IMG/VR virus record: IMGVR_UViG_3300046516_001816
Span: 62,001-126,000 of that record
DNA length: 64,000 nucleotides
Direction: 5' to 3' (one strand)
Made by a program: the position numbers and the translations under genes. Under the pieces are notes generated by a model. The model had not been told where the DNA came from and ran no database searches. It worked only from the letters and a program-made list of their open reading frames with translations. Below, piece by piece: positions 7,330 to 16,850 of the stretch (the stretch's first letter is position 1; every line of letters begins with the position of its first letter).

Positions 7330-9297
7330 ATGGGCATCAACTCCCCGGAAAACAATCAAGCACAAACGTCGATGGGTCAGGCACTCGGGCGCGCCCAGGA
7401 ACAGGCCGCCGGTTCGAATGCTGGCACGACCCAGCAACAGACGTTTAACCAGCCGCGTGGTCAAGCGGGTCAGGCTCGTCCGCGTCTGGCAGACTTCGGC
7501 CGTGTTTCGCGTGCGGCGTTCAGCCGTAACCCGCAGAGCGACGTCATCACGAAGCTCAGCAACGCGCTCACCGAAATCTACAAGAACGGCGCGCAGATCG
7601 ACAAGTCGTTCGACGTGACGCTGATCCCGATCGACTACAACAACACGCGTACGCTGGTGAAGTCGTGTATCGTCGTCGCGGTTCGCGATCTGCAAAACCC
7701 GGACAACGGCGTCGCGTACCACACGCTCGTGCTGGAAGGCTCGAGCGAGCCGATCCAGAACGACTTCCAGATGATCGGTAACACGAACATCGAAATCACG
7801 AAGGTGACGGGCGACGTGTGGACGCCGGTGTTCCAGGGCGAAGTGCAGGAATGGGTGCAACGCGCATTCCCGGGCAAGAACCTGCTGCCGGTCGACGCAG
7901 AAGTCGTGTACAGCAACTTCGACGTCGAAAACCACAACCGCGTGCATCAGCTCGCGATGAACGCACTGGCCGCTTGCGCGACCGAGCTCGACATCCGTGC
8001 GGGTGGCGTGGACATCGACCTGGGTGCAGTGGACCAGGACAACACGCTGACCGTGCAAATGTCGTTCAACAACGCGCAGACGGAAGACGTCGCAGGCATG
8101 CCGCTGCGTTCGGACATCGTGATCGACTTCCGCGCAGGCGGCCAGCCGATCCCGAATCAGCCGGGCTCCAACACCCGTGTGTCGACGCTGTCGCGCATCT
8201 CGGGCTTCATGGATCTGGTCTGGATGCCGGCGCAGCCGCAGCAGCAAGCGTTCAATCCGTGGGTCGCGCAACAGCAAGTCGCGCCGTCGCCGGACGAGTT
8301 CAAGCGCTACATCCCGCGTTTCGTGATGACCGATCTCGAATCGCAAACGCTGCTCACCACGCGTGCTGAACTCCTGGCACTCGTGACGGCGTTCACGCTG
8401 CGTGAAAACAACGCGTGGGTCGAGTCGTTCCGTCCGTCGCCGGTGCAGGTCGAAGGCGTGGACTGGAAGGACATCGGCGCCGTGGGTATCGAGGCGAACT
8501 TCGATCGCAACCCCAACGGCTTCGGCTCGCGGATCGACACGAAGAGCGACCAGTTCCAACGCGGTCAGAACTCGGCAGCCGACTACCTGATGCGTCTCGT
8601 CGCATCGGTGTTCCAGCCGAAGCTGATGCTGTCGCTCGACATCCCCGAGTGCGGTCCGCAAACGTGGTTCACGTCGGTGTTCGCCGCAGCTGGCGAAACG
8701 CAGAACGCGAACAGCGCGCATGCGACGGAGTTCATCATCAAGGAAGCGGACAAGCTCACGCATGGTCGTTTCCTGAAGCACTTCCCGGCAAACGCGCGCG
8801 TCACGGTCGATGAAAACAACCGCATCTTCAAGGGCTACTGGATCGACCGCAACGGTCACATGCGCAGCCTCGACGAGATCGATTACCTGGCCGTGCTCAA
8901 CATGGTCGGCGATCGCGATCCGGAACTGGCACGCGAATGGTCGGACAGCTTCGCGCTCACGGGCGTGCCGCTCGAGATCCGTCTGGACAAGCGCCGTAAG
9001 ATCATCAACGGCATCCTTGGCCAGAACAACGTGCACATCAAGGGCTTCGCACGCCGTGTCACCTTCGAGCCGGCATTCGTCGACGCGTTGGTCGCAGCAT
9101 GCAAGGAAGTGGGCCTCACGATGCGCACGATCGCACCGTACGCAGAGCTGAACACGTACGAGCGTGGCGTGAATCCGTACGCCGCACAAGCAGCGCTGGA
9201 CGCATCGGGCTACACGTCCGGTCTGTTCAACCGCGGCTTCGCGGGCTCCAACCAGGGCCAGTTCGGCAACCGCGCAGGCTTCTCGCGCTGGGGTTAA
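7330..9297 (+). CDS. chmA: Chimallin, major phage-nucleus shell protein (phiKZ gp54/PhuN-like)
   Basis: 655 aa with disordered Q/G-rich N-terminus and aromatic/Gly C-tail (FGNRAGFSRWG); extreme high-expression codon bias; immediately upstream of nvRNAP beta-prime-N as in all chimalliviruses; ATG at 7330 after SD GAAGGA. Confidence 0.85.
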   Translation: MGINSPENNQAQTSMGQALGRAQEQAAGSNAGTTQQQTFNQPRGQAGQARPRLADFGRVSRAAFSRNPQSDVITKLSNALTEIYKNGAQIDKSFDVTLIPIDYNNTRTLVKSCIVVAVRDLQNPDNGVAYHTLVLEGSSEPIQNDFQMIGNTNIEITKVTGDVWTPVFQGEVQEWVQRAFPGKNLLPVDAEVVYSNFDVENHNRVHQLAMNALAACATELDIRAGGVDIDLGAVDQDNTLTVQMSFNNAQTEDVAGMPLRSDIVIDFRAGGQPIPNQPGSNTRVSTLSRISGFMDLVWMPAQPQQQAFNPWVAQQQVAPSPDEFKRYIPRFVMTDLESQTLLTTRAELLALVTAFTLRENNAWVESFRPSPVQVEGVDWKDIGAVGIEANFDRNPNGFGSRIDTKSDQFQRGQNSAADYLMRLVASVFQPKLMLSLDIPECGPQTWFTSVFAAAGETQNANSAHATEFIIKEADKLTHGRFLKHFPANARVTVDENNRIFKGYWIDRNGHMRSLDEIDYLAVLNMVGDRDPELAREWSDSFALTGVPLEIRLDKRRKIINGILGQNNVHIKGFARRVTFEPAFVDALVAACKEVGLTMRTIAPYAELNTYERGVNPYAAQAALDASGYTSGLFNRGFAGSNQGQFGNRAGFSRWG

Positions 9298-9328
9298 TCG
9301 GTCGCTTGTTGGGACTGAGTAGCTGATC

Positions 9329-9380
9329 ACATAGGCGGGGGCCTTCGGGTCCCCGTTTATGACGTCAGCTTTTCTTTTGT
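9329..9380 (+). terminator. Terminator after chimallin
   Basis: GCGGGGGCC-TTCG-GGTCCCCGT, flanked by CATA...TATG, then a T tract. Confidence 0.8.
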
Positions 9381-9394
9381 ATCAGCACTCAGCC

Positions 9395-9403
9395 ATATAT
9401 CAC
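9395..9403 (+). promoter_or_regulatory. Putative early promoter core ATATATCAC
   Basis: CTCAGCC-ATATATCAC-TGAGG-TG upstream of the RNAP subunit. Confidence 0.6.
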
Positions 9404-9512
9404 TGAGGTGAACAAGATACTCCGTAAAAAACTACAGATCGGGTTCATTTCATGCAGTACCCTCTCAGGACCGAATAAGTAGGACGAATTAAACCAAGGA
9501 AAGGAGAAGTCA

Positions 9513-11048
9513 ATGGGCATTCACATGGAGATCATCAGCCATGATCAGATCTTCGACCAGTATCTCTCCAAAGAGCCAATCATCATCAACGATCTGTCCG
9601 ACATTTCCGAGACGGATCGGGAACGTAACGATCGCCTCATTTTCACGAAGTACGACCTGATTAACTCCGATCTGCTGTCGAACATCCCCTCGTGCGATTG
9701 CGGTAATACGATTGGCGCCGATAAACTGGGCAATGGGAAGGACATCCCGCCCGTGGAGTGTCCGGACTGTCACAAGCCGGTGAAAGAGCTGCATCAGCAA
9801 GACCTCGAGCCCCTGATCTGGTTGCGTGCGCCCATGGGCGTGAAAGCGCTGATCAACCCGATCATCTGGACCATGCTCGCGGGCAAGAACGGGTTCGAGA
9901 AATCGAACTTCGATGTGGTACGCTGGATCTGCGATACGTCGTATAAACCGCAGGCGGTCAAAGAGCCGCCCGTGGTGGACTACATTCGTAAGGCCGGGAT
10001 TCCGCGCGGCTACAACAACTTCGTCGAGAACTTCGACGAGATCATGGACTTCATGTTTAACCTGAAGTTCTACAGCAAGAAGAAGTTGGCCCCCTTGAAG
10101 CAGCTGATCAAGGAGTATCGGCATGCGGTCTTTAGCACGCATTTGCCGCTACCCAACCGCTCCTTGCTGGTGCTGGAAGAAACGAACCACGGCACCTACG
10201 TGGACCCGACTGCACCGATTGCAGTGAATGCGATTCGCATGATGGTGGGCATCGATGGGCCGCTGTCGGTCCATACGCCGCGGGTGAAGGAAAACCGCAC
10301 GATCAAGATGATCATCGAGACGGCGAACTTCTACGACGAGAACAGTCGCACCGTGCTCGCCAAGAAGGAAGGCATCTTCCGTAAGCATATCTTCGGCACC
10401 CGGTCGCACTTCAGCTTCCGCGCCGTGATTTCTTCGCTCACGGATAACCATCGCTACGACGAAATCCACATCCCGTGGGGCATCGGGGTGGCGGTGTTCG
10501 AGCTGCATTTGCAGAACATGCTCAGGCGCCGCGGCTACACTCCGTCGCAAGCCAATGCGTTCTTGGCTGAACATACGCAGAAGTACCATCCGATGTTGGA
10601 TGAGATGTTCAACCTGATCATCAGTCGTTCGCCCATTGGTGGCGGCGTGCCGTGCGTGCTGCAACGTAATCCGTCGCTCGCGCGTTCATCTGCTCAAGCC
10701 ATGTTTATCACGAAGGTGAAGACCGACGTGAACATCCCGACGATCAGTATGTCGATTTTGTCGGTGGTGGGCTTCAATGCGGACTTCGACGGCGATCAGC
10801 TGAACTGCACGTTGTCGCTCGATCACGTGACGGCCAACGATCTGTACCGCCTGGCACCCCACCAGTCGGCTTTCGATCTGAACGCCCCGCGTACCATCTC
10901 GCGCAACCTCTCGAAACCGAAGACGGCGATTGCCACCTTCTCGAACTGGCTGCACTGGGACCAACCTGAGACGCCGGACCCGGCGATCCTGCAACGGATG
11001 AATATGATTCCGGAGTGTGATCCGTACGTGGCCCCGACGATTCATTAA
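9513..11048 (+). CDS. Non-virion RNA polymerase beta-prime N-terminal subunit (phiKZ gp55-like)
   Basis: Zn-binding CDCG...CPDC, catalytic NADFDGD, LQRNPSL motif. Confidence 0.92.
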   Translation: MGIHMEIISHDQIFDQYLSKEPIIINDLSDISETDRERNDRLIFTKYDLINSDLLSNIPSCDCGNTIGADKLGNGKDIPPVECPDCHKPVKELHQQDLEPLIWLRAPMGVKALINPIIWTMLAGKNGFEKSNFDVVRWICDTSYKPQAVKEPPVVDYIRKAGIPRGYNNFVENFDEIMDFMFNLKFYSKKKLAPLKQLIKEYRHAVFSTHLPLPNRSLLVLEETNHGTYVDPTAPIAVNAIRMMVGIDGPLSVHTPRVKENRTIKMIIETANFYDENSRTVLAKKEGIFRKHIFGTRSHFSFRAVISSLTDNHRYDEIHIPWGIGVAVFELHLQNMLRRRGYTPSQANAFLAEHTQKYHPMLDEMFNLIISRSPIGGGVPCVLQRNPSLARSSAQAMFITKVKTDVNIPTISMSILSVVGFNADFDGDQLNCTLSLDHVTANDLYRLAPHQSAFDLNAPRTISRNLSKPKTAIATFSNWLHWDQPETPDPAILQRMNMIPECDPYVAPTIH

Positions 11049-11072
11049 CGAAGAACAACCAAGGAAATCATC

Positions 11073-11318
11073 ATGGCAGGTGAATATGGTTATGGGCGTG
11101 AGCTCAATGTCGACCACATGACGTTCCCGTCGTCGACCGAAGATGGACCTTTCATCCCTCCGAGTGCGCAACTCAGCTTCAAGCGTTACACGCCGGAAGC
11201 CGTGGAGTTCGGCGCGCGCGACATGCCGCTCAATCTGTACGGCGACAAGGATGACTACAAGCCGTTCGATCCGACGGGTCCTTCCCGTGATGATATCCTC
11301 GACGCATTGAAGAGGTAA
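11073..11318 (+). CDS. Hypothetical protein
   Basis: 81 aa, SD AACCAAGGAAA. Confidence 0.7.
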   Translation: MAGEYGYGRELNVDHMTFPSSTEDGPFIPPSAQLSFKRYTPEAVEFGARDMPLNLYGDKDDYKPFDPTGPSRDDILDALKR

Positions 11319-11321
11319 GTC

Positions 11322-11939
11322 ATGGTCATGATTGTCCAAGGCGACACCAATGTGTTCAATGCACTTGTGTATGGAGCGGAGCGTCATCCGAATACCATGC
11401 AGTATTTGCAGAACCAGGCGTCGCAGTTCTCGGGGGCGCTCACCGAGTTCGGGCAAACGTTCATGCAAGGCGCGCAGCAGCTTTACGAGACCTTTAACAG
11501 TTCGGAAGCCATGCGGGCCGCGCGAGCGGCAGTTCGGAAGTTCGATGCAATCTTCTTACCTGATCGCATCCAGATGTTGGAGACGATTGGGAACTTGCAG
11601 CATGCGCCGTTAACCATGCAGCGATACATCATGGCGGAGCCCACCGTACGTCGGTATTTCTTGACGCAGCGCGTGGACGGTTACTCAGATACGTATCAGA
11701 ACGTCTGGGGCAATGACTGGAAAGTCGATCACTACGATTGGCGCCAGATTCATAACGGCGTGATGGAAGAGACGGAAGAAGGCCATGTGATGCATCACTG
11801 GCTGGACGATGTCTTGGAAGGGGATCGGCCGCTGCACTTTGGCGAGAAGGTGGACGCCATTCACAGTGGCGAGTCGGCGGCAGCCTACATCGAACTCGGA
11901 CGGGAAGACCCGACCGATAAGCGTAACAATAAGCTGTAA
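11322..11939 (+). CDS. Conserved chimallivirus hypothetical protein
   Basis: 205 aa, SD GAGG, core-block position. Confidence 0.75.
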   Translation: MVMIVQGDTNVFNALVYGAERHPNTMQYLQNQASQFSGALTEFGQTFMQGAQQLYETFNSSEAMRAARAAVRKFDAIFLPDRIQMLETIGNLQHAPLTMQRYIMAEPTVRRYFLTQRVDGYSDTYQNVWGNDWKVDHYDWRQIHNGVMEETEEGHVMHHWLDDVLEGDRPLHFGEKVDAIHSGESAAAYIELGREDPTDKRNNKL

Positions 11940-11984
11940 CATAAGGGAGGGCCGCGCGCCCTCCTTTATGACTTCTCTTTTTTT
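11940..11984 (+). terminator. Terminator
   Basis: CATAAGGGAGGGC/GCCCTCCTTTATG stem then T tract. Confidence 0.8.
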
Positions 11985-12035
11985 GTCCTACTCACAGTGG
12001 AATTTTATGTTTAACCTCCAACCTGTGAGTAGAAC

Positions 12036-12479
12036 ATGGCAACTCCTGTACCGACACTGTCGTCCGCTGGTTGGGTGGTCACCCCTGCCCAGAAGGCCGA
12101 CTACCTCATGGCACACTTCTATGAGGCGATGAATAACCAGTCTTACATCTTTCCGGGAGAAGTCTCCAGCATTCAGTATGTGATTGAAAAGAATGCGGGT
12201 GATATCCCGGCAACCTGTCAGGCGATCCAGCAAGTGTTGGAGAAGTACCTGTCGCGTTACTACCCGAATACGACCGTTCAGGTGAGTAGCGATGACACTT
12301 CGGGCAACACCAGCAGCCAGGTGAACCTGACGATTTATATCTCGGCGCTCGAAGCAGGCGAGACGTATGCCTTCACGTCGCTGATCCAGATGGCGAACTC
12401 GAAGTTTGTGAAAGCCATTAACCTTAACAACACCGGCCAATCGGTGGCCGCTTCGGTGGTTCAACAAATTACATCATGA
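12036..12479 (+). CDS. Conserved protein, possibly T4 gp25-like baseplate/sheath-initiator fold
   Basis: 147 aa; helix-strand pattern IQQVLEKYLSRYYPNTTVQVSS...VNLTIYIS recalls GPW/gp25; fold call is inference. Confidence 0.5.
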   Translation: MATPVPTLSSAGWVVTPAQKADYLMAHFYEAMNNQSYIFPGEVSSIQYVIEKNAGDIPATCQAIQQVLEKYLSRYYPNTTVQVSSDDTSGNTSSQVNLTIYISALEAGETYAFTSLIQMANSKFVKAINLNNTGQSVAASVVQQITS

Positions 12480-13099
12480 ACGAAGCAGAACAAACCGTAT
12501 ACGAAGACCGCGACGCTCCTCAAGGTCAACGCCGCCTGGATGCCCCGAGCCCGGGTTGGCTCGACTCGGCCATGCGCCGGATCAATGATTCGATTCTTCA
12601 GGTGATCATGCACGAGCAGCATGAGTACCTCGAGAACAAACGCCTGCCGCATACGCTCAAGCAAAGCGATGCGCTGGTGAAGCCGTACCTGCTTAAAGAC
12701 GGACAGGTCATCGTCGCGACCGTGTTTCCGGTGGCGAGCGAACACAACTACGTGTGCTGCTTCACGCCGATCTACGACCGCGGCTACAGCATCTTCGACA
12801 ACGCCAAGATTCCCGAAGACGTCGCCGTGCTGGGCTACAATCTGTTCGTCTACAAGGAAAACGGCCCGCTCGCGGTGAACAACCAGCCGATCCAGATGGC
12901 CGATTATGTGCAGGAAGAACTCTGCCGGATTGCGCGTGAGATGAAGCTGCGCTACAGCCAGTTCGTCTATTTCACGTTGCTCACCCCGCGGGTGGCGGAC
13001 GGCTTTGAAGACCCCCACAACAACTTGGCGAATCTTATTCCGCGGACCCATACTGTGGAAGAGAAGGCTGCCCCGGCTCAGCCGACGCCGATCGACTAA
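12476..13099 (+). CDS. Hypothetical protein
   Basis: 207 aa, ATGA coupling. Confidence 0.7.
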   Translation: MNEAEQTVYEDRDAPQGQRRLDAPSPGWLDSAMRRINDSILQVIMHEQHEYLENKRLPHTLKQSDALVKPYLLKDGQVIVATVFPVASEHNYVCCFTPIYDRGYSIFDNAKIPEDVAVLGYNLFVYKENGPLAVNNQPIQMADYVQEELCRIAREMKLRYSQFVYFTLLTPRVADGFEDPHNNLANLIPRTHTVEEKAAPAQPTPID

Positions 13100-13111
13100 G
13101 GAAGACTGAAC

Positions 13112-13741
13112 ATGTTGAGAAGAGGACACGATTGGCGCGCCGCTCATCAGCGCGCGACTCATGGTCGTGACGAAGGCAAAGCGGATTATATTTTGCAGTG
13201 CGCCAGTGCGCTCAGCCAAGTCGCCAATGAAGACGTGGCCCGCTTGCCGGAAGACATCTTTGTGAAGGTGTTCTTGCCGCTGTTTGCCGGCGAAACGCTC
13301 GAGTTCCCCAAGGAAGCAACGATCGCCGGCTGGATCAGCATCGCGGGTTCGCCCTACAAGGAAGTCGACGTCTTCAACAAAGAAACGGGTGCGACCGTGT
13401 TCCGCTGCCCCCCATTGTTTGATTACAATGGTGTGGACCCGGTTCGCAATCTGAAGGATCGTACGCAGCGTCCCATCGCCGATATTGTGCAGATGGCCGA
13501 CAAGCTGATGAACATCCATCCGAACCAAAGCATCGCGTTTCTGCAACGGGAGTTGGGCCAACGGGCCAACAAGATGAACACCGGTGCAAAGCTTATGCCG
13601 AACCTGATCCGCTGGAACGAAGTGTTTGCGCGCTACGGCCGCAAGCCTTTGGTCGAGGGGCTGCCAGGCGGCACGAGCTCTGCTGACCCTCAGCAAGCCC
13701 AATCGGGCCCTGAGCCCGACGCGGAATATGAAGACTTCTAA
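13112..13741 (+). CDS. Conserved hypothetical protein
   Basis: 209 aa, SD AAGGAAG. Confidence 0.72.
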   Translation: MLRRGHDWRAAHQRATHGRDEGKADYILQCASALSQVANEDVARLPEDIFVKVFLPLFAGETLEFPKEATIAGWISIAGSPYKEVDVFNKETGATVFRCPPLFDYNGVDPVRNLKDRTQRPIADIVQMADKLMNIHPNQSIAFLQRELGQRANKMNTGAKLMPNLIRWNEVFARYGRKPLVEGLPGGTSSADPQQAQSGPEPDAEYEDF

Positions 13742-14849
13742 ACTTAAGCTGGCGAGTGCGAGTGATATCCACCTCGGTGGAAAACGCACGGACACGCGCC
13801 ACATCATCAAGAACTTACGCGCGGCCTTCCCGGATAACGAGGAGACCGCGCAGTTGGACCTCATCTGCTTGGCGGGTGATGTGTTCGACACCTTGTTGAA
13901 CCTGAATGACAATGATTTGATGGAGATCGATCTCTGGGTCGGCTACATGCTGAGGTTGTGTGTCAAGTATGACATCATCCTCTACGTGTTGGAAGGCACA
14001 CCGTCTCACGACTGGTGGCAATCCGCCCGGTTCCTCACCATCAATGAAGTTGCAGGCATTGGCGCTAAACTCCGCTACGTTAAAGACATTTCCGTTGAGT
14101 ACGAACCTGACCTAGACATCTGGGTTGGGTTCGTACCTGACGAAAGTGCCCCGACAACCGACCAAACACTCAGCCAATTCAAAGCCCTGCTCGAAGCCAA
14201 AGGGCAAGATAAAGTCGATGTAATGTTCATGCACGGGCAATTTGAGTATCAATTACCCCCGGTGGTGAAAGCCCCCAAGCATTCCAGTGTCGAGTATTTG
14301 GCCCTGGTGCGATACATTATCTCGATTGGTCATGTGCACGTCTACTCGTCCTACGAGCGGATCTACGCACAGGGTTCGTTTGACCGGCTCAGTCACGGGG
14401 AGGAAGATCCCAAGGGGCATATTCGGGCGACGCTGTATAACACGCCCGACTATGACTACGAAGTGGTGTTTGTGGAAAACGAAGGCGCCAAGAAGTTTGT
14501 CACGGTCTACGTGGGCGACATGCCCGTGGATGACGCACTGATCGTGATTGAGCGCAAGGTGCGGGAACTGCCGTTTGATTCGTCGGTACGGATCGAAGCG
14601 GCGAAGGATCACCCCCTGTTCTCGGACATGGAGTCCTTGATCCGGATGTATCCGATGTTCACGTGGGCGAAAAAGCCCATCGACAAGGAAGAAGAAGAAA
14701 ACGAGCTGGAAGATGATGAAACGGTGTTCGTGCCGATTACCATCAACCGGGACAATATCACGAAGCTCCTCTTGGAACGCCTAGCGTCCCGGGGGCTTCC
14801 TGCGGACATCTTGGCGATCGCGGAGGCAAAGATCAATGAGGTGAAATGA
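13728..14849 (+). CDS. SbcD/Mre11-like metallophosphoesterase nuclease
   Basis: Motifs SDIHLG, GDVFD, GTPSHD, MHG, GHVH; start moved to ATG 13728. Confidence 0.88.
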   Translation: MKTSKLKLASASDIHLGGKRTDTRHIIKNLRAAFPDNEETAQLDLICLAGDVFDTLLNLNDNDLMEIDLWVGYMLRLCVKYDIILYVLEGTPSHDWWQSARFLTINEVAGIGAKLRYVKDISVEYEPDLDIWVGFVPDESAPTTDQTLSQFKALLEAKGQDKVDVMFMHGQFEYQLPPVVKAPKHSSVEYLALVRYIISIGHVHVYSSYERIYAQGSFDRLSHGEEDPKGHIRATLYNTPDYDYEVVFVENEGAKKFVTVYVGDMPVDDALIVIERKVRELPFDSSVRIEAAKDHPLFSDMESLIRMYPMFTWAKKPIDKEEEENELEDDETVFVPITINRDNITKLLLERLASRGLPADILAIAEAKINEVK

Positions 14850-15739
14850 TGTTTACGCAGGCGATCTTCAGTGAAGGAACAGATATAATGTTTAAAGAAG
14901 GCATTGCCGAGCGTGCTGTCGGCCAATACCCGCTCTCGATCCCAACGAGCTTGGCAATTGAAAGCGCGAATGGGATCCATCCTGAGATCCCTGTGGAGAC
15001 GCCTCCGATCCTGAAGTTCGACGAACTCTGGATTAATCTGCGCACGCTGCACCGCAACTTTATCGGCTCGCTCGATAAGCTGACCGCAGAGCTGATCGAC
15101 GGCTACGAAGCAGCGGACGTGGTATCTGAGGAGATGGAGCACATCCAGTCCATCATCCAGGAAACCGCGCCCAATTGCCAGGTGCGCTTCTACGTGAGCA
15201 ACTACGCACGCATGGAGCAGACCTACCCGAAGGCCACGATCCGGCGCGATAACACCGTCAAGCAAAAGCATTTCACGCAGACGATGACCGCCTCGATTGC
15301 GAAGCTGCTCAAGGACCACGAGCATCAACCGTACCTGAGTGTTTTCGATCGCAAGCTGAAACACGTGGGGGAGGGCTTTCCGAAAGTCCTGATCGTCACG
15401 CATATCCCTTACGACCTGTTGTCCGCCAAAGCGTTTAAAGAACTCGTGTTGCTGGAATCCCACACGGGCTCGTTTAAGCGTCGGGCCTTGTGGTACACCA
15501 AGTTCTACAATGGCAAGGAACTGGTGCAGATTCCGTTTCGGGAAGACATGCTCCAGATCTTTGGCGACAATGAAACCTTCCACCCGATGGACATTCGTCT
15601 ACGCAAGGAGATCCTCGACATCGCGAATACTTACAACTGGTCTCAGGTCACCACCACCGACCGGATACGGCTCTCACTGGAAAACATGAAGAACCATTGG
15701 GCGCTGGAACAGATCAAACCCCTGCTGAAAAGCGAGTAA
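14846..15739 (+). CDS. Conserved chimallivirus protein
   Basis: 297 aa between the SbcD-like gene and ChmC-like gene. Confidence 0.75.
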   Translation: MMFTQAIFSEGTDIMFKEGIAERAVGQYPLSIPTSLAIESANGIHPEIPVETPPILKFDELWINLRTLHRNFIGSLDKLTAELIDGYEAADVVSEEMEHIQSIIQETAPNCQVRFYVSNYARMEQTYPKATIRRDNTVKQKHFTQTMTASIAKLLKDHEHQPYLSVFDRKLKHVGEGFPKVLIVTHIPYDLLSAKAFKELVLLESHTGSFKRRALWYTKFYNGKELVQIPFREDMLQIFGDNETFHPMDIRLRKEILDIANTYNWSQVTTTDRIRLSLENMKNHWALEQIKPLLKSE

Positions 15740-15836
15740 TAGGATAGGGGCAATTTTTACATCCCAGGCCTATTTTCTGCATAGCCCCAATTAAATTCAG
15801 AAAAGCTACAAACAGCCTGACAATTAAGGAAAAACC

Positions 15837-16643
15837 ATGAGCGATTTTCAACGTGCTCCGCGCAAAAAGAATGCACTGGACAACCGTAAGCTGCATCTGT
15901 CGGCGCCGTGCCCCACGGCCAAAGGCAAGTGGTCCAGCTTCCAAGTGAACGTGTTCACCGCGGAAAAGACCGGCGAACCGAACCCGCGTATCACGGTGTA
16001 CACGCGTGACCCGGAAGATCAGGGCGAGTCGAAGAACTACGGCAAGATCCAGGCCAACCTCGACCCGGTCGTGTTCATGGCGCTGATGGTCAAGCTGCGC
16101 TGGATCATCGAAGGGCGTCCGGGCACGGAAGCCGAGCCGATCAAGGCTGACGGCGAAGACAAGGTGAAGATGGAGAACAAGAACTTCATCTTCCCGGGTG
16201 GCCGCAAGTCGGAAGAACCGGTCGTCGTGTCGGAAATTCACCTCGGCAAGGACGCTGACGGCGTGATCTGGATCTCGGTCACGGCCAAGGATCGTCCGCG
16301 CATCAAGTTCACGTTCGGCCCGAACCAGTTCCACAACCTGTTCCACAAGACGGGTGAACAGTTCAGCAAGGGCGAAGCGTCGCAACTGTGGGCACTCGGC
16401 TGGTGTCGTCTGATGGAAGAGATGATTCCGGAGTTCCTGATCAGCGACTACGTGGACATCCCCTACGATCCGAACGCAGCCAAGGGCGGCGGTGGCGGTG
16501 GCTTCAATCGCGGCGGTGGTGGCGGTGGCGGTTACAACCGCGGTGGCGGCGGTGGTGGCGGCGGCGGTGATCGTCCGTACAACAAGGGCAACATGTCGGG
16601 CACGAACGACACGGCCACGAGTGACGACGACATCCCCTGGTAA
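15837..16643 (+). CDS. chmC: ChmC-like nucleus-associated RNA/ssDNA-binding protein (phiKZ gp67-like)
   Basis: Directly upstream of the gp68/PicA pair; beta-rich N-domain plus Gly/Arg-rich disordered tail ending DDDIPW; high-expression codons. Confidence 0.7.
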   Translation: MSDFQRAPRKKNALDNRKLHLSAPCPTAKGKWSSFQVNVFTAEKTGEPNPRITVYTRDPEDQGESKNYGKIQANLDPVVFMALMVKLRWIIEGRPGTEAEPIKADGEDKVKMENKNFIFPGGRKSEEPVVVSEIHLGKDADGVIWISVTAKDRPRIKFTFGPNQFHNLFHKTGEQFSKGEASQLWALGWCRLMEEMIPEFLISDYVDIPYDPNAAKGGGGGGFNRGGGGGGGYNRGGGGGGGGGDRPYNKGNMSGTNDTATSDDDIPW

Positions 16644-16680
16644 GCCGTGTAGTAACATAACGACATAGCAGGTACGGGGT

Positions 16681-16712
16681 AGCCGGGTGCGTGGGGTTCT
16701 TCGCATCCGGCT
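16681..16712 (+). terminator. Hairpin/terminator after ChmC-like gene
   Basis: AGCCGGGTGCG/CGCATCCGGCT stem; weak U tract. Confidence 0.55.
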
Positions 16713-16748
16713 CGTAGGACCAATAACGAATCCAAACCAAACACAGTT

Positions 16749-16757
16749 ATATATCAT
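16749..16757 (+). promoter_or_regulatory. Putative early promoter core ATATATCAT
   Basis: ACAGTT-ATATATCAT upstream of the gp68-like gene. Confidence 0.55.
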
Positions 16758-16850
16758 CTCCTAGAGTAGTATCCCCGATCTATTTAGGAGCTGATGTGTA
16801 ATGACCAAGGAAGCAGCACTGATGTACGTTCCTTTTAGGAGGCCGGTAAA

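Noticed and set aside
7297-9330. 677-aa antisense ORF over chimallin
   Set aside because: Shadow ORF from extreme codon bias on the + strand; no SD; low-complexity R/V/L composition
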